A stretch of 64,000 nucleotides of DNA from the human T2T-CHM13v2.0 reference genome, Homo sapiens, in assembly GCF_009914755.1 (NCBI RefSeq), contig NC_060936.1, one strand, 5' to 3'. Position numbers and translations under genes: made by a program. Under the pieces are notes generated by a model. The model saw nothing but the letters and a program-made list of their open reading frames with translations, searched no databases and was not told the DNA's origin. Positions 16,524 to 30,290 of this stretch are shown in pieces. How positions within the stretch are numbered: the first letter of the stretch is position 1; each line of letters starts with the position of its first letter.

Positions 16524-16834
16524 TGTTTGTTTGTTTGTTTGTTTGTCTGAGACAGAGTTTCGCTCTCTCACCCAGGCTGGAGTGCAGTGGCCTGATCTCA
16601 GCTCACTGAAACCTCCGTCTCCCGGGTTCAAGTGATTCTCCTGCCTCAGCCTCCCAGGCAGCTGAGATTATAGGCACGTACTATCACGCCAGGCTAATTT
16701 TTTTTTTGTATTTTTAGTAGAGATGGGGTTTCACCATGTTGGCCAGGCTGGTCTTGAATTCCTGACCTCAGGTGATCTGCCTGCCTCGGCCTCCCGAAGT
16801 GTAGGATTTCAGGTGTGAGCTACCGTGCCTGGCC
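16524..16834 (-). mobile_element. AluSx-like SINE with (TTTG)n tail
   Basis: Full dimer; flanks aggaattct/aggaatcct. Confidence 0.92.
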
Positions 16835-17030
16835 AGGAATCCTTTGATTCTCCTTCCAGAGCGCTGTGATCAATATGTCTTTCAGTTTAAATTCTCTAGA
16901 GAGTCTCAGATTGGTTCAGCTGGGGTCAGGTGCTACTCCTGGTCCAATTAAGTTTGACCAGAGAACCAGGGTCATATAGGGGGAAAAAAAGCTACCAGGA
17001 AGCACCTGAGGTGGAATGCTGGGCCTATTA
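16835..17030 (-). mobile_element. Old MLT1-type LTR fragment (related piece near 15395-15470)
   Basis: gattggttcagctggggtcaggtgctactcctggtccaatta resembles MLT1K/L. Confidence 0.5.
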
Positions 17031-17299
17031 CTTGATTTTGTCTTTCTGATGCTTACATGGTGTCTTACCATCTTCATAGAAATAGAACAAAGTCGTGTTT
17101 AGAACCTTCTATAATAAATTGTCCTCCTCCCACCTTGCCCCTTTACTTCAGTGTTCTACTGATACTACATACTAAATGCAAAGATTACGTGTTGTGACAG
17201 GCCCTGAAGTTCAAGTTGAGAAAGGGCCAGCTTGTGGAGCTGCAATGAAGGCAGAGAAAGGCAGTCTGTATGAGACCTGAGTCACAGGTCCTTCCTTTT

Positions 17300-17870
17300 T
17301 TCCAACACACTCACCCCCATTGCTTTCTCAAGTTCCAGACCTATATGTCCAAGTGCTTATCAACATCTCCATTTAGTCATCCAAAGGACACTTCGAATCA
17401 GCATTTCCAACTGAATTTATCTCCTTCTCACAGACTTCACTTTTTCTGGGTTACCTCAATAAACAGCAGCTCCAGCCAATTCCTTTCTCATCCTTGCTTT
17501 CCAATCAAGTCACCAACTTCTGTCAGCAATTCTCCTTAAGGCATCTCAAATCACTTCACTTTTCTCCAACCCATTACAACTGCCCTTGTTTAGCCTAGAC
17601 AATTACAACCTCTTACTCATCTAACTCAGCTCCTGCCTTTAGTCTTGTTCCCTATAATCGGTTCTTGACCCTGCAGCCAGTGCTAGCAAAACTGATCACT
17701 TCACTCTTTATTTTGCAACTAATTTCTCTTCAGAATAAAGCCTAAAGTCCTTAGCATAGCACAGCATAGGATGACATTGCATAGCCTGCAAAGTATTTCA
17801 CGAATTGTCTGCTTCTTCCATTCTAGTCTTTCTATTCTCCTCCCTCAGTAACCTTTCTATTTTCTTCTAA
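17300..17870 (+). mobile_element. L2 fragment
   Basis: gttccagacctatatgtccaagtgcttatcaacatctccattt...cctagacaattacaacc. Confidence 0.7.
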
Positions 17871-17895
17871 CTCCCTGATTTCTTGTTTGTAGAGT

Positions 17896-18070
17896 GCTGG
17901 TTCTGAACCTTGACTAGACATTAAAATCACATAGAGACTTTAAAACATCCCACTGCCAAGGCCATCCCAAAGCAATTAAATCAGACCCTCTTGGGGAGGA
18001 CCCAGTCATCAGTAAGTTTTTAAAGCTCCAAGATGATTCTGATGTGCAGCCCAATTCGGGGACTTTTGCA
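17896..18070. mobile_element. MER5-type hAT-Charlie DNA transposon
   Basis: ggttctgaaccttgactagacattaaaatcac...aagctccaagatgattctgatgtgcagcc. Confidence 0.75.
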
Positions 18071-18411
18071 ATTCTATGCATATGTTTACTTTCTCTCCCT
18101 GACCAAATCTGCACCTCCACCTTTGTTTATTCTTAGATCCTCACATCCCCTGCAAGCTGCCTAATATCTACTTACCCTACAAATCTCATCTTACAACCCA
18201 CTTATACTGTGGCCTTTTGACCACAGAGAATAGGTTATGTGAATAGACATAGAGTTTTGAACAACGAAACACTCACAAATCTTTAAATTCAGGTTCATAA
18301 ATTATTTTTTGAGCCATTTGAAGTAATAAACATTTTGAAGCCTCCATTGTGTTTGTCAGGCTAATAATACCCTTATATTCATGAGTTAACTACCACTGTT
18401 GGGGTTTGTAC

Positions 18412-19117
18412 TGTTAGTGGTGGCAAATCCATACGGGTCTGCAACAACCTCAATTCTTGCCTCCTCAGAAGAAAGAATTAGACTGAGGGGCACAAGGCAG
18501 AGTGAGAGACTGAGGCAAAGTTTTAGAGCAGAAGTGGAAGTTTATTCAAAAGTTTAAAGCAGGAGTGAAAGGAAGTAAATTACATTTGGAAGAGGGCCAA
18601 GCAAGCGACTTGAGAGGTTCAAATGCACATTTTGACCCTTGACTCGGGGTCTTCTACGTTGGCATGCTTCCGGGGTTGCATTACGTCTCCCATGATTCTT
18701 TCCTTGGGGCGAGCTGTCTGCATGCAGAGTGGCCTGCCAGCACTTGGGAGGGGCTGCATGCACAATGTGTTCACTAAAGTTGTGCACATGCTCACTTGAG
18801 GTGTTTTTCCCTTACCAGTCCAGTGCTCCTAGAGGAAGGTCATATACCAGTTAAACTCCACTGTTTTGCCTCTTAGCGCACACACTGGAGCTCACTAGCC
18901 CAACTCCTGAGATCTTATTAGGAAGCTGCTGGTCACTAGCATCAGGTTTTTTTCTATCTATTGGGAGACTTCCTTTTCCTGGTGCTGGCTGCGACAAATT
19001 ATTATTTTAGAGAGGCAGTTCAACAGCATCTGACCATCACCTGATGGCTGCCTGACATTTCTGGTGAGGGGGCCCTCTCCTGTCCTGCTCCTATCTGCCT
19101 TACTACCTACTGTAACA
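18412..19117 (-). mobile_element. MER50 solo LTR (ERV1)
   Basis: TG...CA termini; minus-strand start tgttacagtaggtagtaaggcagataggagcagg; 4-bp TSD gtac/gtgc. Confidence 0.85.
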
Positions 19118-19121
19118 GTGC

Positions 19122-19260
19122 TGGGTGAATTGTCTACGTGATCTCATTTAATCCTTTTAACAATCATTAGGAGGTATTCAAATCCCATTTTACTGCTGAG
19201 AAAACTGAAGTTTGGACAGTTTAACAAATTTCCCAAATACATACTGAAGCTACAGGATAG
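19122..19260 (-). mobile_element. MIR fragment
   Basis: atctcatttaatcc...cccattttactgctgagaaaactgaag. Confidence 0.7.
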
Positions 19261-19281
19261 ATAACTTAGATAACTATGTGA

Positions 19282-19578
<297 letters not shown>

Positions 19579-20956
19579 CCTATATGAATTTTTAAAAACC
19601 CAAAGTATATTCACCAGATTTTTAAAAAATCAGAATATTGTAAATGTAAGACTTGAAATCTTTTAAACAAGAAACCTTTTTTAATGTATATTTTTAAAAT
19701 TTCTGATGCTATGGAAAGAACTGTTCAGCAGGATAGCAGAAGAAAAATAAATAAAAATGTTGGAAATAACAACTAATGATGTTATGAGATATACCAGTGT
19801 TTCTGATAAGCACATAAAGATTCAAATAACAGAAACTATGGATGAGCTTATTTTGCTTTAAATTGAAAAACAGTTATTTATTCTTTTAATGTATACTTAA
19901 GAGGGTGCATTTCAAATCAATAGTTAGGAACAAAAACTCGAACAGGATTTCTAGAACTTTTTTTTTTCTGCTACAGATACCTCTATATCTACTGCATGGT
20001 TGGCAGACATTAAGGCTTCAGAACCAGAACATACACCACACCCTTTTCATTCACTACTCCCTTCTCTCTCCACCCCTCCGCACCTCTCCCTTAAACTCAC
20101 ATCTCTATTTTCCAGCTTGTTCTGTGTGTTTTCCTCTGGTGTAATTACCATAAATAATTAGCAAGACAGGACCTGTGTGGTACAAGTGCCACACCTTGGT
20201 TGTGTTGTGAGCAACAGCTTGAAGTGATGGCAACCTAAACATTTGCACACTTCTCACCACAGTGTCCCATATTTAAGTATTTCATAACACGTAAATCCAA
20301 CAGATGAAATATTGGAATACCTCTTCATGATTAATACCTGACCCAAACTATGAGTTGAAGTGTTGACTGGCTAATGTATTGACTCTGTATGCTTGGAATG
20401 GGTGTTCATGGCAGCTCAAAATGATTTATTCAAATTAAAACCAAAAAGCAACAAAAAAATTGTTCTGCCCTATGAAGAACTGAGCAGGGGGCCGGTGGGG
20501 GAACAAAAGCCTTTGTTTAGCTGTAAACCATAAAAGCAGAGGTATGGTACCTGCTCCTGCCAAGGCTAAAGTAAAGCAATTAGCATCATGACTTGAGGGG
20601 TCACAAGATCCCAAAAAAGCAACATTTTGGAACTTTCTTAAGCCAGATAGCAGTGTGAAAGGGGGAAAAAATCCACAGGGGTCCTCAGTAAACAATAAGG
20701 TATGCAGGGAAAGCTCCCTGATTTTCTTTGGTCTAGCCTGTCTTCACTGCCCCCAGGCCTTGAATAAGTATTAAAACCCTCCCCTCCTTGCATTCTATTG
20801 AGTACTCTCCGGGCCTTCCCAGCTACAAGACAGTTTTTCATTCCCTTTCTTACCAAAGAAAGTGTGAGGTTATTCAGCATGTTATAATGAGCTGCCAGTA
20901 TTGGAGAGATACCAAACTCTGATTTCCAAGTCACTAATACCAGCCCCAAGCCCCAC

Positions 20957-20975
20957 CACACACATACACACACAT

Positions 20976-21007
<32 letters not shown>
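20957..21007. repeat. (CA)n microsatellite
   Basis: Directly visible. Confidence 0.95.
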
Positions 21008-21011
<4 letters not shown>

Positions 21012-21716
21012 CCAAGGTGGGCAAAAAGAAAAAATTATATCATTGGATGGAAATGTGTAAATCAGTCAGATCCCTAACTTAAATATGAAGAAATCAAGAG
21101 TCAGAAAGGGAACTCGTTTGTTCAAATTCACACTAGTTACTGGCAAACTAGAATAGGATCCAGATCTCATGAGTTCCAGTCAAGCATATTTTCCTTAATA
21201 TTTATTTTAGTAAACTAATTTTGCTTACAGAATTTCATAACACCTTTTGAGATAGGTAGTGACACCTTGGTTATCACAAAACTAGGGGTAGAGCACAGCC
21301 AAAAAGAAGCACGAGTATTTAGTATAATTTTTTAACTTAATTTTATACTACGCCTCTTTACAAACTTTACCAATATCATTTCTTTCAATATCTGGGTTTT
21401 GGTGGCACAATCTGGAATATTTATGTCTTATCATAATTTTGCAATGTTATTTCAACTATTGCATTTTCCTTTGATTTGTCACTATTATTCTTTCCAGTAT
21501 GACTAACCATTGCACTATGTGTTTTCAAAGAAGATGGTACAGCTCCTCTAGAGGAACAACTGAGTAACTTAAGGAGGGAGACTAACTGTTCACCTAAGAT
21601 AGTTGAGTCTTAACTCATGGTGTTTTATGCAGTTCTCCTTCTTGGCCCAGGAAGATGCCTTCTAGAATAAACCCAATTGTGCCTAATCCATTTTGATAAC
21701 CTTTCTTAAAAGATCT

Positions 21717-22006
21717 GGCTGGGCAAGGTGGCTCACATCTGTAATCCCAGCGCTTTGAGGGGCTGAGGCAGGAGAATTGTTCAGAGTTCAAGACAAGCCT
21801 GGGCAACATACATCTCTACAAAAAAACAAAAATAAAAAAATTAGCAGGGCATGGTGGTGTGCACCTGTATTCTCAGCTACTTGGGAGGCTGAGGCAAGAG
21901 GATTGCTTGAGTCCAGGAGGTTGAGGCTGCAGTGAACCATGATCGTGCTATTCCACTCCAGTCTGGGTGACAAAACAATGGGTGACCCTTTCAAAAAGAA
22001 AAAAAT
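21717..22006 (+). mobile_element. AluJ-like SINE
   Basis: Full dimer; flanks aaagatctg/agagatctg. Confidence 0.9.
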
Positions 22007-22399
22007 AAGAGATCTGTCATCTGCTTTATTTATAATTCTTTTGTGAAATATCAAACAAATCACTTCTCTCCTTTGGGTGCTCCGATGATGTAAATATCAT
22101 GAAGTCAAGGCATAATTGTTCTTACTTGGTAGCACTTAACTTAATGGCATATCAATGACATGCCACTGAGTGCTAACTCTGTAAGTGCATGTGATAACTA
22201 TATCCCAAATTGCAGTTCTAGGATACAATTCCAGGATCTCCAGTGTCCAGGGTACCCAACAGGCACCACAGCATGCTACTGTACTCAGCTCCAACCAATG
22301 CCCTGGCCAATCATGCTACTTCTTCTATCTCAACCTGAACTTTACACTGAGAAACATTCTATCATTTCCCCTGCCTTCTAAGTTTTGATCTAACTAAAA

Positions 22400-22555
22400 A
22401 TATTGGATGCTCATCTTTCAGACAATGAGCTCCTTAAGGAAATTGACTATGAGATATTTAACTTTGACTTTCCAGTGACTGACAGCCTTATTATGGGGAT
22501 TTAATAAATGTGAATCAATGTGAATGAATAAGTAAATAAATAAGAAATGAATGAC
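22400..22555 (+). mobile_element. L2 3' end
   Basis: tgagctccttaagg...ttaataaatgtgaat...aatgaatga tail. Confidence 0.6.
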
Positions 22556-23319
22556 TGTTTCAAATCTCTCCCATACAAAGATAATCCTACTGACACGATA
22601 TCTTTATTATGCCCATTTTTCTCTTCTTTGATAATTCCTTGCCCTTTCCCTAACTGCAGCTCCCTTCATCTTTGCCTCAAAATAAACCATCCCTTTTCTG
22701 CTATGGTCCAAGATTATGGGGAATTGTAAGGCTTGTAGAAGATGCTGGTCTTCTAACACGTCATAATAATAAGGTACTGGTTGACATGCCCCAATAAATT
22801 ATTAGATGTTTATTGGGAGGCAATGATCAGGTTGCAATTTGCAAGCAAAACTGACATAGTTCATTAAGAGATTAACTACGGCCAGAACATTGAGAGGGGG
22901 CACATCATTTCAAAGTTGCAGGGGCTAGAATGGAAATCAGTGAGGAAAGGAACTGGAAGAAGACTAAGAGGTATAATACTAGATGGTGTTAAAGTTGGTG
23001 TGAGCTTCTAAACACAACCACAGAGGCAGCTCATACCTTCCCAGCCCCAACCCCCTGTAATGAGCTCTGCATTGTTGACGGTTGCTCAGCGACCACACTC
23101 CTTTCCACATGCCTATCTCAGTTGCTTATTAAGGATTTGTGGTTTCTCATTTTTTTCTTTTACCTTTTAGAACTGCCTTTGAGATTCAGTTATTAATCAC
23201 AATCCAAATGTCAACAAATATACTATTTGTTTTGAAAGCTGAGCACTACTCAAGATGGTCCAGTTGCTATAAAGAATTTTGTGTTATTGACCTCACAAAC
23301 CCAAGGACAATATCCAAAT

Positions 23320-23720
23320 CAGAGACTTTAAATGTATGGATCCTTCACCCCTAAGCACCTCTTCTAGGAATTTAACTCAAGGAAGTATTCAGAAACATGC
23401 TCACACTGATGGCTTATTATTTATAAAATTCAAAAACTGGGAACAATCTTAATTAACATTATACATCCATATGATAGACTGTTATCAGCTAAAAATTAAA
23501 TTGTAATGGGATATTAGCATCATTATTATTAACATGTAAACATTTATTATATACTCTTTTAAAATGCAAGCTGTTTAAACTTTTTATTTTATATGTAAGT
23601 ACATATATAACAAATAACTAGACAGATGAAAGCAAAATGCTGACAGTGGTTATTTTGGGTGGTAAGATTAGGGTGAACTTTGTTTTATAACTTTGTAGTT
23701 ATTTGGTATTTTCTAGGTTT
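23320..23720 (+). mobile_element. Old L1ME-type fragment
   Basis: cacctcttctaggaattt...aaaactgggaacaatcttaa...tacatccatatgatag. Confidence 0.55.
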
Positions 23721-23900
23721 CTTATTAAAAATATATTATTTTTGTAACTGAAAACTTTAATAAAAAATAGAACAGGCAAAAGAGATAACTTATATGCTGG
23801 GAATTCAGAAATAGTGAAATTTTTTTCCTGCTTCTCCAAAACTACCTTTGGAATAAGCTTATTGGTATCTAAAATTTCACAGTTAGAGATATATTTCTTT

Positions 23901-24216
23901 TTTCTTTTCCTTTTTTTTTTTTTTTTTTTGAGATGGAGTCTGGCTCTGTCCTTTGTCACCCAGGCTGCAGTGCAGTGGCGCCATCTTGGCTCACTGCAAC
24001 CTCCGCCTCATGGGTTCAAGCAATTCTCCCTGCCTCAGCCTCCCAAGTAGCTGAGATTACAGGTGCCCACCACCATACCTGGCTAATTTTTGTATTTTTA
24101 GTAGAGAGGTGATTTCACCAAGTTGTTCAGGCTGGTCTCGAACTCCTGACCTCAGGTGATCCATCTGCCTTGGCCTCCCAAAGTGTGGAATTACACGCGT
24201 GAACCACCATGTGGCT
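23901..24216 (-). mobile_element. AluSx-like SINE
   Basis: Full dimer; TSD gagata(t/c)atttcttt. Confidence 0.92.
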
Positions 24217-24317
24217 GAGATACATTTCTTTGTCCTTACTTTGCATCTTTTGCTAAAATGAAAATATAACTAAATGGGGAAACACTAATTCTATTAAGCA
24301 TTTATACCATCAGAGAC

Positions 24318-24542
24318 CAGTGTTTTTAAGCTACAAGTTTATGAAATCAATTTATTGGGTCTTGGCTTAAACACAAAATAAATGAAATAAAATAGAATGG
24401 AAAATATCTGTGTTTTTCCTTCTTAGTAAGGGAAGGTATTATTTAATGATATTTTAATTTAAATTACATATGTATATACTGGGACATGAGGTAAAATATA
24501 TTCTTTATGGAAGAACACAGTCAAAAAGTTTGGAAGTCACTG
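24318..24542. mobile_element. hAT-Charlie MITE (family unresolved)
   Basis: Imperfect TIRs cagtgtttttaagct / agtttggaagtcactg. Confidence 0.6.
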
Positions 24543-24822
24543 CCATAGAATGAACACTAGATCCTGTCCTGAAAATGGGTTTTTGATTGTGGTGGACATA
24601 TCTGTGAAAGACCACCGGGTGCTTCAGATGGATAAAAGAGAAATCTCTGGGTTTTAAGGATGCAGAAAGGGAGATGAAGGCATCAGAAGACACAATTTGT
24701 TCTGTGGCTATTCTTGGCTGTCCTTGGCTTCCTTGGGGAGCCTGAACTGTGGCACAGAGCTCTACTCAGCAGTTTCCTGGAAAAATGGATATTCTGCTGC
24801 TATTACAGTCACAGTGGGTGGA

Positions 24823-25152
<330 letters not shown>

Positions 25153-25759
25153 TAGGACTATAAGATCACTGTAACTCAGTGGGCTCCTCAAGATCTTACT
25201 ATCTGTTGTTACCTAAACAAAAAACCAGCTACTTGCTCTGTGATGTGAAAGTGGTATAATCTTTACAAGCCACTGGAAGAATATTTTCTAACAACTGAAT
25301 GCACAAATACATTGATACATTTTCAAATGATATGGGGAGAAAGATTGTAGGGCTTCTTTCACCCTTCTAGGATCCAAGATTCTAAACAATTTGGGTAATC
25401 AAAATTTACCCTGCCTTACTATTCTGTACCAGTGGATGGGTTTTCATTCTTTCTCATATATTCTTTGTTCCCATACCATCCAGAATTTCTCATTCAAGCA
25501 AAGGAAACTGAGAAAAAAATGCATTAAGTTGTACATGATTTTATGTTACCTCTTCAATGGGTATTTGCTTTGGAAAGACGACCTAACAATGTCAAGAAGA
25601 TAATTAACACAAAGCAATAAATGCAGCCTATGACAGGCAGGTCAGGAAAAGGTCTATAGTATATACTTCTTATGTTTTGACCTTCATTATTTTTGACATC
25701 CTTCCTCAAGTTAGAAATCTAGGTCATAGCCAAGCCACCTTGGCTCTGCTAATCATGTG

Positions 25760-26404
25760 TACTTATGTGAAACTCTCAGCTGGAAAAGAATAATGTGAAG
25801 TGGCAGGCATCACTTAAAATACATTTTCTAGAGAAGATGGTTGCAGAAGCATGTGGTTTTTTGGGGCTAGCAATGATAGAATTTCGGGTATATGGTGTCC
25901 AAGGTCAGTAGTGTAAGTTGGGGTTGTCTAAGCCCAATAAGAGCCATGGGATCTTTATTGGAGTAATTCTACAATGTGATTTAGGCTCTCTGACTGTCAT
26001 AGAGATTCTATGCCCTTTCTAAGATATGTTAATGTATTTCTTGCTATTTAAATTTGGTTAGAATGGGCCTGGCGCAGTGGCTCACCCTGTAATCCCAGCA
26101 CTTTGGGAGGCCAAGGCAGGTGAATTACCTGAGGTCAGGAGTTTGAGACCAGCCTGGCCAACATGGCAAAACCCTGTCTCCACTAAAAATACACAATTAG
26201 CCAGGCATGGTGGCACACGCCTGTAATCCCAGCTATTCAGGTGGCTCAGTCACGAGAACTGCTTGAACCCGGGAGGCCAAGGTTGCAGTTACTTGAGATT
26301 GTGCCACTGCATTCTAGCCTGGGCCACAGAGCAAGATTCTGTCTCAAAAAAAAAATGGTTAAAATGAGCTTTGTTGTTTGTGACAAAGAACCCCAATTAA
26401 TACA
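25760..26404 (+). mobile_element. Old ERVL-class LTR (LTR33/LTR40-like), split by an Alu
   Basis: 3' terminus ttgttgtttgtgacaaagaaccccaattaataca; 5' boundary approximate. Confidence 0.5.
26066..26354 (+). mobile_element. AluSx-like SINE
   Basis: Full dimer; tggtta(g/a)aatg on both flanks. Confidence 0.92.
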
Positions 26405-29400
26405 GGTTCCTTCCTTCAAATTATACTATGTAGACAAAAGTGGGCAAACTATGGAGCAATTATCTAGTAATAATGTCAGATAGTTCTTCCATACATGTTA
26501 CCTAGTGCTCACCTAAAACAGAAAACATCTGATGAAAATTTATTGTTTAATTTTCAGTTATTCGAATAAGTGATATTTGCTTTGGGTCTTAAAGGTAAAA
26601 ACATTGAGAAATAAGATGGAAGCCTTGACATGTATAGCAACTCTTTGCCATTTGCTGAAATGACTACTTTTAAAATTCTTTGTTCTACTGAAATGATATT
26701 TTATTACTAGATTTACACTAATCGATGAATTCTGTGTCCTTGTACAAAAAAATTAAAAAGCTATAAAGTAGATAAGTATATAGAAAAAAATAAGTAGGAT
26801 AAGTAGATAGAAAAAAAAGACATTCCTTTAACCATGTCATAGTGCTTTAGATTAATATTAAAAACAACATAAGAATTGCAAAGTTATGTTCCTTTTTTTT
26901 ACTGACCTAGTTAATTTAAACAGAATTTACTGTAAAGCTTCATACATAGAGATCAATAAATACTTCTTAACCAAAAAAAAAAAAAAAAAAAAAAAGTGGC
27001 TTATAAGGACAGTTCAGGGTAATGAACGCCAGAATGGAAAAGATGTCTTCCCATTTAAAAGAAATTTTCGTTGATTCAATGGATCTTCTGTCATAACAGC
27101 CAATTTTTCTGGGCCATTGCTTCAAGAGTTCTATTACATTCACATATTATACGAACCATAATACAAACAAATAATCCAGTCATTTAAATTTTACATAGAA
27201 AATGGCTGACTAGAGGTACCTGACACTCACCTCCTGCACAAATAAGAACTAAAATAACCATGCTTCAAATGGAGAATCTAAGGGAGAACACTGGAATTTA
27301 GCAGAGGAAACACTTGAAACCAGGAAGGAGAGGGAAGTAAGGAAGTCTGCTGGGGCAAGATCAGCTGGGAACCAGAGAGACTTTTCAGTACAGGGAAAGG
27401 GTAAGTGAGTGATCCCCAGTGGTCTACATTCCCACTATGGACTCTTGCACTTCTAGCCATGGGAGAGCTCCTTGACCTTTGGGGAGTCTGAGGCTAGTAT
27501 AGGAAGTTGCCTGGAGTCTGCATGACAGCATTGCTCCAGATAGAGAGCTCACATTAGGTCCCACACATGCCTTGAGACCCAAACAGCTGCAGCACACCAC
27601 CATTTTGAGAGCCCAGCTCCCACCAGGCTGCATCTCCCCTGAGGCCCAGCATCTCCTGCATGTACTAATCCTTGGAGCCCCACTGACATCCCCTTGTGTC
27701 TACCTGGAGGGCTGCAGTAGCGTGATGCTGTTTGGACCCAGTAGTGTGGCCTGGTTCCCAGCACTCTCCCCCACACAGTGTCTTACACTCTGGGGAATGA
27801 GTAATGCAGCACACCTTGTGGCTGCTCCTGGGACAAAGAGAGCCAAGGACAGGGTTGCCCTACCCACTGCTGCTGCTGCCATCACAGCCACTGGAAGCAG
27901 AAGTACCTGCTCTCCAGAGCTTGAAAGCCACCTGCCTAGGACCACTGCCACTGACAGTAACACTGCCCCCCACCCCCCACAGGAGACAGCTGCAGTGTAC
28001 TTGCACATGCCCTGAGGACAGGCTCCCTCTACTCACCGCCTCCTGAACTTGCTGCCCAAGAACCTGGGGACAGCCCCATTCTGCACAACATAACCCATGT
28101 GCACCACTAGGGGACCTGAGAATAAGCCCTCTCAGCCTGGCACCACCCCTCAGTGCCCAGGCATGCCACCTGGGGATCTCCCAATTCCATTGGTTGAGTC
28201 AGGTGTGTGCACAGACCACCAGGAAAACTTACAACAGGTGCAGAACAACTGCAGGGACCCAAGCATGCTGTCTGGAGGCCTGGAGATCTCCCCACCCCAT
28301 CTACCACCTCTGGCATCAGCGCACTCTTTCCAGGGACCTGAGGATGGGTTCACCCAGCCTGTTGCCACCATCCATACACATTACCTGGGGGGGTTGAACA
28401 TTGGCCTGCCCATTTGATTGCAGCCACTGATAACATCAGCATATGCTACCTGGGAGCCTGAGTATTGTCTTGCTACTGTTACTGCCATTGCCCATGCCAT
28501 ACATGCTGTCCAGGTACCCAAGGACCCACCCACAAGCCCAACCCACCAATATGACCGTTGGAACACAAGCAAGCTGTCTGGAGGCCCAAGAATTGGCCTG
28601 CTTGAACCCATTAACACTGGTGCCTGCGTACACCACTTGGAGGCCCAGTGACAGGTACACTTGGCCCTGTCACCACTGAGTCTTGAGGACTGACCCATCT
28701 GGTATCCCTGTCCCCAGGAAAGACTCACTACAGCCTCTGCTAACAACTGCAGCCTAAGCCACTGAGGAAATCACAGATACCATTAATGATATTTACAGCT
28801 GAAGAAATAGTATGGAGACTACATGACTATATAGACACAGAATCAAAGTTAAAGTGTCCTACTAACTAACACCATAGATAGATCTTCAGGAAAAAGTCAT
28901 TCCCTGTGAAAGCCACTCAAAAAATTGGAAGAAGCCACTATTATACAACATGTGCAGATATCAACAAAAAAATACCGAAAGAAAACAAGAGTTTCTGCCT
29001 GGTAATCCAGAAAATTCTTCTGGACCTTGTCCAAGACCATAAAGGTGGTACTTTTATGAGTCTGAAAGAAACACAGCATTACTGGGCTTGGGGTGACCCC
29101 TAAAGCAGATACAGCTTAGATCACAACTCCCAAGTTCTTGACAATATCTGGAAAGCCTTCCCAAGAAGGATGGGCACAAAGAAGCCCAGATAGTGCAGAC
29201 TAAAATAAATACCAAACTCCTCAATGCTGAGACAACAAAGAACATCTACCAGCATCAACAACATCCAGGAAAACATGACCTCACCAGATGAATTAAATAA
29301 GGTACTAGAAAACAATCGTGAAGAAATAGAGATATGGGACCTTTCAGACAGATAATTCAAAATAGCTGTGTTGAGGAAACTCAAAGAAATTGAAGATAAC

Positions 29401-29562
29401 ACATAGGCGGAATTCAGAAATCTACCAGATAAATTTAACAAAGAAGCTGAAATAATTAAAAAGAATCAAGCACAAATTCTGGAGCTGAAAAATGCAATTG
29501 CCATACTGAAGAATGCATCAGAGTCTTTTAATAGCAGAATTTATTAACTTAAGAAAGAACTA

Positions 29563-30290
29563 AGAACAGAAAACCAAACGCCACATGTTCTCACTCATAA
29601 GTGGGAGTTGATCAATGAGAACACATGGACACGAGGAGGGGAACATCACACACTGGAGTGCTGGGTCCGACCCACAGACCCTGGCCAAATGACAGATGAA
29701 CAAATACACTCAGATGCAGACCCAGTGAAAGAGTGGGCTAGGGGACTGGGCCACCTACAGACACAGAAAAGGGTGCTGTAAAGACTCAGCAGCAGCAGCC
29801 CTGACTAGCTGGTGCTGTGGGCATTTATTTAGTACAGATTTAATGACAAAGGCTTGAGTCAACACTCTTTGTGGGTTAATAACATTGCCGACCCCCCAAG
29901 TAGAGATAACATGAGTAAACAAGCTTTTTTGAAAAACTCCTCCACATTCCCTTGTATCTACGCCCTAAGCTTTTAGGCTTCTGATAAGAGAATCTGGCTG
30001 CCTTCAGCCAAATCCTTTTCCGAAGCTTTTGTAAAACCTTCTGGCCTTCTGAGTAGGTTTGCATCTTTCTACAATTTTTCCCACTACCCTGACAGATCTC
30101 CTACACCGGAGCCTGTTGGGGGTTTGCAGGAAAGGGTAGGGAGAGCATTAGGACAAATACCTAATGCATGCGGGGCTTAAAACCTAGATGACAGGTTGAT
30201 AGGTGCAGCAAACCACCATGGCACATGTATACCTATGTAACAAACCTGTACATTCTGCACATGTATCCCAGAACTTAAAGTAAAATTTTA
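29563..30290 (+). mobile_element. L1PA8-like 3' fragment inserted in the inner L1 ORF1
   Basis: gggagagcattaggacaaatacctaatgcatgcggggcttaaaacctag; flanks aaagaacta/aaagaatta. Confidence 0.85.
29659..30105 (-). mobile_element. LTR22-type solo LTR (HERV-K22/HML-5)
   Basis: Minus-strand start tgtaggagatctgtcagggtagtgggaaaaattgtagaaagatgcaaacc; TSD ctggag/ccggag. Confidence 0.83.

Noticed and set aside
27278-28746. Dense overlapping ORFs in a GC-richer block suggesting a gene or CpG island
   Set aside because: CpG-depleted 5'UTR of the old L1; no recognisable protein
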